Positions 60,445 to 64,000 of a DNA stretch of 64,000 bases are shown in pieces. The DNA comes from Nitrosopumilus sp. (GTDB lineage Archaea > Thermoproteota > Nitrososphaeria > Nitrososphaerales > Nitrosopumilaceae), in contig OZ244650.1 in NCBI GenBank assembly GCA_965218785.1, forward strand, positions 864,001 to 928,000, read 5' to 3'. The first letter of the stretch is position 1; every line of letters starts with the position of its first letter. The translations under genes and the position numbers were made by a program. A model generated the notes under the pieces. It was given only the letters and a program-made list of their open reading frames with translations, did no database searches and was not told the origin of the DNA.

Positions 60445-62124
60445 CTGTCCCTTTTAAAAAAATTCCCTGAAGCGTTTACTCCTAGAGAAATTCAAAAAGA
60501 GATCATCTCAGAGATCGAAGAAAAAATCGAGTCAGGATATAAGAAAATTATTTTATGTGCGCCCACCGGCGTTGGAAAATCCCTGGTGGGCGCCACCATC
60601 TCCAGACATTTTGACAGCTCCTTTACCGTGACTGCGTCAAAACACCTGCAGGATCAATACATCAAAGACATTCCCTTCCTTAAACCGGTAAAGGGCAAAC
60701 AGAACTTTCCCTGTCTCAAACTAATGTCCTCTGAAAAAGTTGACAGCCCCGTACAGGCCATGAGTTGGAGACTGACATGTGAAAAGGGACAGTGCCAGGA
60801 GAGGACAAGTAAAAATGGAAAGCAGGTAGTCGAGGTCTGTAAATTCAAACCGACAATCAAGCAGGTTGAAGAAAACACTCAGGACCCGCAGTCCTGCCAT
60901 TATTATCTGCAAAAATATCAGGCCCTTGCATCAAAACATTCCTTGTGGAATTATCATGCCTTTTTTCAAATCATGAAATTCAACAAAAAACTTTTTGAAA
61001 AATACCTTGATAGAAAGGTCTCCATTTTTGACGAGGCACACAAGATAGAAGATCAGATAATACAGTTTGTCGGGTTTGATATTTTTAGCCGCCAGATTGA
61101 TGAATGTAATCTGAATTCTGAAAAATATGATTTTACAGATTTGGATTCGATGATTCAACTAACTGACGATGTTGCCTATTCTTATGCCAATAAAATCAAG
61201 GACATAAAGGAAAGCCCCGCCTTTGAGAATAAACCTGATTATGAATTAATTACAAGCTTGGAGAGGCGTTATGACAGGGCCGCACAGGCAAAAATTGACA
61301 TCCTGTCTGATAAGGAGAATTTCATCGTAAATGATCCCGTAAAAGACCTGAATGGAAATTTTAGAACCATCTCTGTAAAGCCGATCGACGTTTCAAAATT
61401 TGCAAGTACTTTTTTTGACACCGAATATCAGATTTTCATGTCTGCCACTATTGACAAATCCAGTTTTTGTGATAACATGGGTCTAAAAAAAGACGATGTC
61501 GCATTCGTTGATACTCCAAAATCACCGTTTCCAATCGAACACAGAACAATCAGTCTTTTGAATGTCTGCCGCCTCAGTTATGGCTCTACTGAAGACGATG
61601 AGATTAAAGTCATAAAGGTAATTGATGAAATTTTAGACGAGCATTCAAATGAACGGGGACTGATACTGACTTCCTCCATTCCCCGGTGTCAGAAAATTCT
61701 TCGATACCTCTCACCAAAGAACACCAAAAGAATCAGAATCTGCCATAGTAAAAACAGAGACGGAAAGACACAGGATGAAATTATCTCCGAACATGCCTCT
61801 GATACTACGAGTGTTTTGCTGTCCTCCTCCCTGTGGGAGGGAGTGGATCTAAAAGATGATTTGTCAAGATTCCAGATTATTGCAAAGGTGCCATACCCAA
61901 ATTACAAGGAAAAGAGAACAAGGGCAAAAATGGATAAATTTCCCACGTGGTACACATCTAAAACCCTGACCAAACTGCTACAGGGATTTGGCCGTTCAAT
62001 TAGGAGCAACGATGACTGGGCCAAGACCTATGTTCTGGATGCTGCTGTCAATAACGTGTTTTTTAAGGCACAGCAGATGATTCCAAAGGCATACTATGAC
62101 GTTTTAGGAATGGAGGATCCCTAG
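60445..62124 (+). CDS. XPD/Rad3/DinG-family helicase (probable CTG start)
   Basis: Q motif PREIQ and Walker A APTGVGKS lie upstream of the track start; Cys cluster, DEAH, SAT, LWEGVD, QGFGRSIRS. Confidence 0.93.
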   Translation: MSLLKKFPEAFTPREIQKEIISEIEEKIESGYKKIILCAPTGVGKSLVGATISRHFDSSFTVTASKHLQDQYIKDIPFLKPVKGKQNFPCLKLMSSEKVDSPVQAMSWRLTCEKGQCQERTSKNGKQVVEVCKFKPTIKQVEENTQDPQSCHYYLQKYQALASKHSLWNYHAFFQIMKFNKKLFEKYLDRKVSIFDEAHKIEDQIIQFVGFDIFSRQIDECNLNSEKYDFTDLDSMIQLTDDVAYSYANKIKDIKESPAFENKPDYELITSLERRYDRAAQAKIDILSDKENFIVNDPVKDLNGNFRTISVKPIDVSKFASTFFDTEYQIFMSATIDKSSFCDNMGLKKDDVAFVDTPKSPFPIEHRTISLLNVCRLSYGSTEDDEIKVIKVIDEILDEHSNERGLILTSSIPRCQKILRYLSPKNTKRIRICHSKNRDGKTQDEIISEHASDTTSVLLSSSLWEGVDLKDDLSRFQIIAKVPYPNYKEKRTRAKMDKFPTWYTSKTLTKLLQGFGRSIRSNDDWAKTYVLDAAVNNVFFKAQQMIPKAYYDVLGMEDP

Positions 62125-62714
62125 ACCACATAAAAATTCATCATCTGGATTGACTGCCATGTAAGAATCATAAATGATGCCGACACGGGTTTCATTTAAT
62201 ATTCTAGCATTCAGGCAGAATCACATTGTTGTAAGATGCCTGAAATCCGATACGTCATATCTCATTCTCAAACCGGTCTCATATCTAAAGCCCTATGTCT
62301 CATGGCTCCAACATGAAGCCATATCTGACTTGATGTATTATTCGGAGACAGGCAACACACGCTTTTCCTGATGGATCTCTGTTTGAGGATCGGGAATCGA
62401 GGATCAGATATTCAAACTGTGTGAGATCTCTTAGGGCTCATGATGAGTTATTCCTGTAAATCATGTATTATATTGGGAATGGCAGAATCTGCATGACATC
62501 CTGGATATGGCGTATAATTGCTGATTTTTGTAAATTTACAGACAATACCCACCAATCACAATTTAATATATAAAACATCAATCTATTTTTCTATGGTATG
62601 TATACTTGCCGATTTATCTCAAACCAATTGTTGTTGGGATGGTGTAGGACTAAAATGAGGGGTGAAGAATGAATTGCGAGTAAATCCCGCATATCCTACT
62701 CTTTATCATACCCC

Positions 62715-64000
62715 TTGAGTCCTGCATCTGCTGCAGTCATTTGCGTGCTAGCCCTCTCCCTCTCTGCCGGACTGGTATTAGATGCACATGCCCAAGCAAT
62801 TCATCAAATATACAATATAGACTCCCTTGACCTCCCAGACAACGGATACCGGCACAATCTGACACATCTGACTGGTAATTATTACGTCTCCTCACACACT
62901 GTAATCACTCCTGACACCACCCCCACACAACTGGATTCGGCAGTCACCCTCAGATTATACAGCATCATTAATGAGCACATCACGCTGATTGGCAGCCAGG
63001 TAATACAAAACAACGCCCAAGACAAAACCCTGTCACTACACGAACTTTCAACAGAACCCAAATCAACTGCCCTCACCCGCGTGGATGATGATACAATCGC
63101 AGTCTCATATGTAGTTGGCAGTACGTCCAGTACCGTTACCACATATGATGTTGATACCGGTTCTACCACACCGTTTGGTAATCCTAAAAGTGCGGACTTT
63201 AGAGATGGTACCAACGGCGAACAGACGCAGAACCATTCTCTAGTAACACTTGATGCAAACAGGCTGCTAGTTGCATATTCGTATCCGAACAGTTCTCCCA
63301 CCGGCTTTATGCATGTCATCACCATTGATCCCAACACCGGTGCCCTGAGTGCCGGTACCCCCGCACCAATCACTGCCAACCAAGGGCTGTACCCGTCCAT
63401 GGTAAAGCTCGATGATGACACGGTGGTACTTGCATACAGGGGCAACTCTGCACATCCATTCATACAGACATTTGATGTTTCAGCTGATAACACCATTACT
63501 GCCGGAACCGCATATGATATCGAGGATAGAATAACGGCATACAACTCTCTTATCCGGGTCGATGATGACACGGTGGCACTCGCATACTCTGCGATTGGTG
63601 CCAGCACATCCGCATCTGTCGGGCACGGCACCATCAAGGTATTTGATGTCACCTCAGCCGGCGTCATTACTGAAACGGACAGCCAAACGTATTACGGTGC
63701 TGCCGCAGACGCAACATTTGAAGAACAGGTACACCTCAACTCGCTGGCACTGCTGGATTCTGACACTATTGCCCTCGCATACAGGGGAGATGCTGCAGAC
63801 GGCTTTATCCGATTATATGACATTGATCACACCACGGGCACCCTGACGGCAGCAGGCATACCATTTGAGCATGACCAGGCAGACGGTTCATTCAACTCGC
63901 TTGTACGAGTCGATGATATCACACTGGCACTCGTGTACGGAGGGGATCTTTTGGCTGCCATGCCGGATTCCACTGCAACCCCCAACAGAATCAAGACACT
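62715..64000 (+). CDS. Large secreted/surface protein with beta-propeller-like repeats (runs off the window)
   Basis: Signal peptide ending DAHA|Q; six repeats of about 50 aa of S/ALxRVDDDTVALAY.G; no stop before 64000. Confidence 0.88.
   Translation, partial: MSPASAAVICVLALSLSAGLVLDAHAQAIHQIYNIDSLDLPDNGYRHNLTHLTGNYYVSSHTVITPDTTPTQLDSAVTLRLYSIINEHITLIGSQVIQNNAQDKTLSLHELSTEPKSTALTRVDDDTIAVSYVVGSTSSTVTTYDVDTGSTTPFGNPKSADFRDGTNGEQTQNHSLVTLDANRLLVAYSYPNSSPTGFMHVITIDPNTGALSAGTPAPITANQGLYPSMVKLDDDTVVLAYRGNSAHPFIQTFDVSADNTITAGTAYDIEDRITAYNSLIRVDDDTVALAYSAIGASTSASVGHGTIKVFDVTSAGVITETDSQTYYGAAADATFEEQVHLNSLALLDSDTIALAYRGDAADGFIRLYDIDHTTGTLTAAGIPFEHDQADGSFNSLVRVDDITLALVYGGDLLAAMPDSTATPNRIKT

Noticed and set aside
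62882-63667. 261-aa minus-strand ORF
   Set aside because: Antisense shadow of the plus-strand surface protein, which the track missed because it has no stop in the window.

Overview
Archaeal chromosomal DNA, very probably a Nitrosopumilus-like thaumarchaeote (S25e, S26e, Alba, Rpo6, deoxyhypusine synthase, archaeal ThrRS, DUF6659-type paralogues). The abundant IS debris, pseudogenes and giant repeat surface protein suggest a host-associated lineage (inference). Core blocks (menA-aldo/keto reductase, alba-rpoK, rps25e-dys, thrS-speB-rps26e, pfkB-NAD kinase-pyrG, trpEGDCBA, XPD/DinG helicase) alternate with AT-rich accessory islands. These carry a Type ISP restriction-modification enzyme, many intact or decayed toxin-antitoxin modules (three hicBA, AbiE/MenAT-like, GNAT, PIN, Panacea/YwgA-like, Fic), IS3 and IS66 remnants and several VNTRs. 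The most unusual signal is a transposase-free, IS6-type cargo-capture system. One part is a 1.6-kb passenger element with 33-bp terminal inverted repeats and a perfect 8-bp target duplication, inserted into hicB. The other is a family of ~47-bp palindromic mini-elements that bracket decayed tRNA-like sequences, in one case as a direct-repeat unit with a 7/8 target duplication. Two core genes (trpB and the helicase) appear to need non-canonical CTG starts. All family assignments come from motif recognition by eye; no searches were run.
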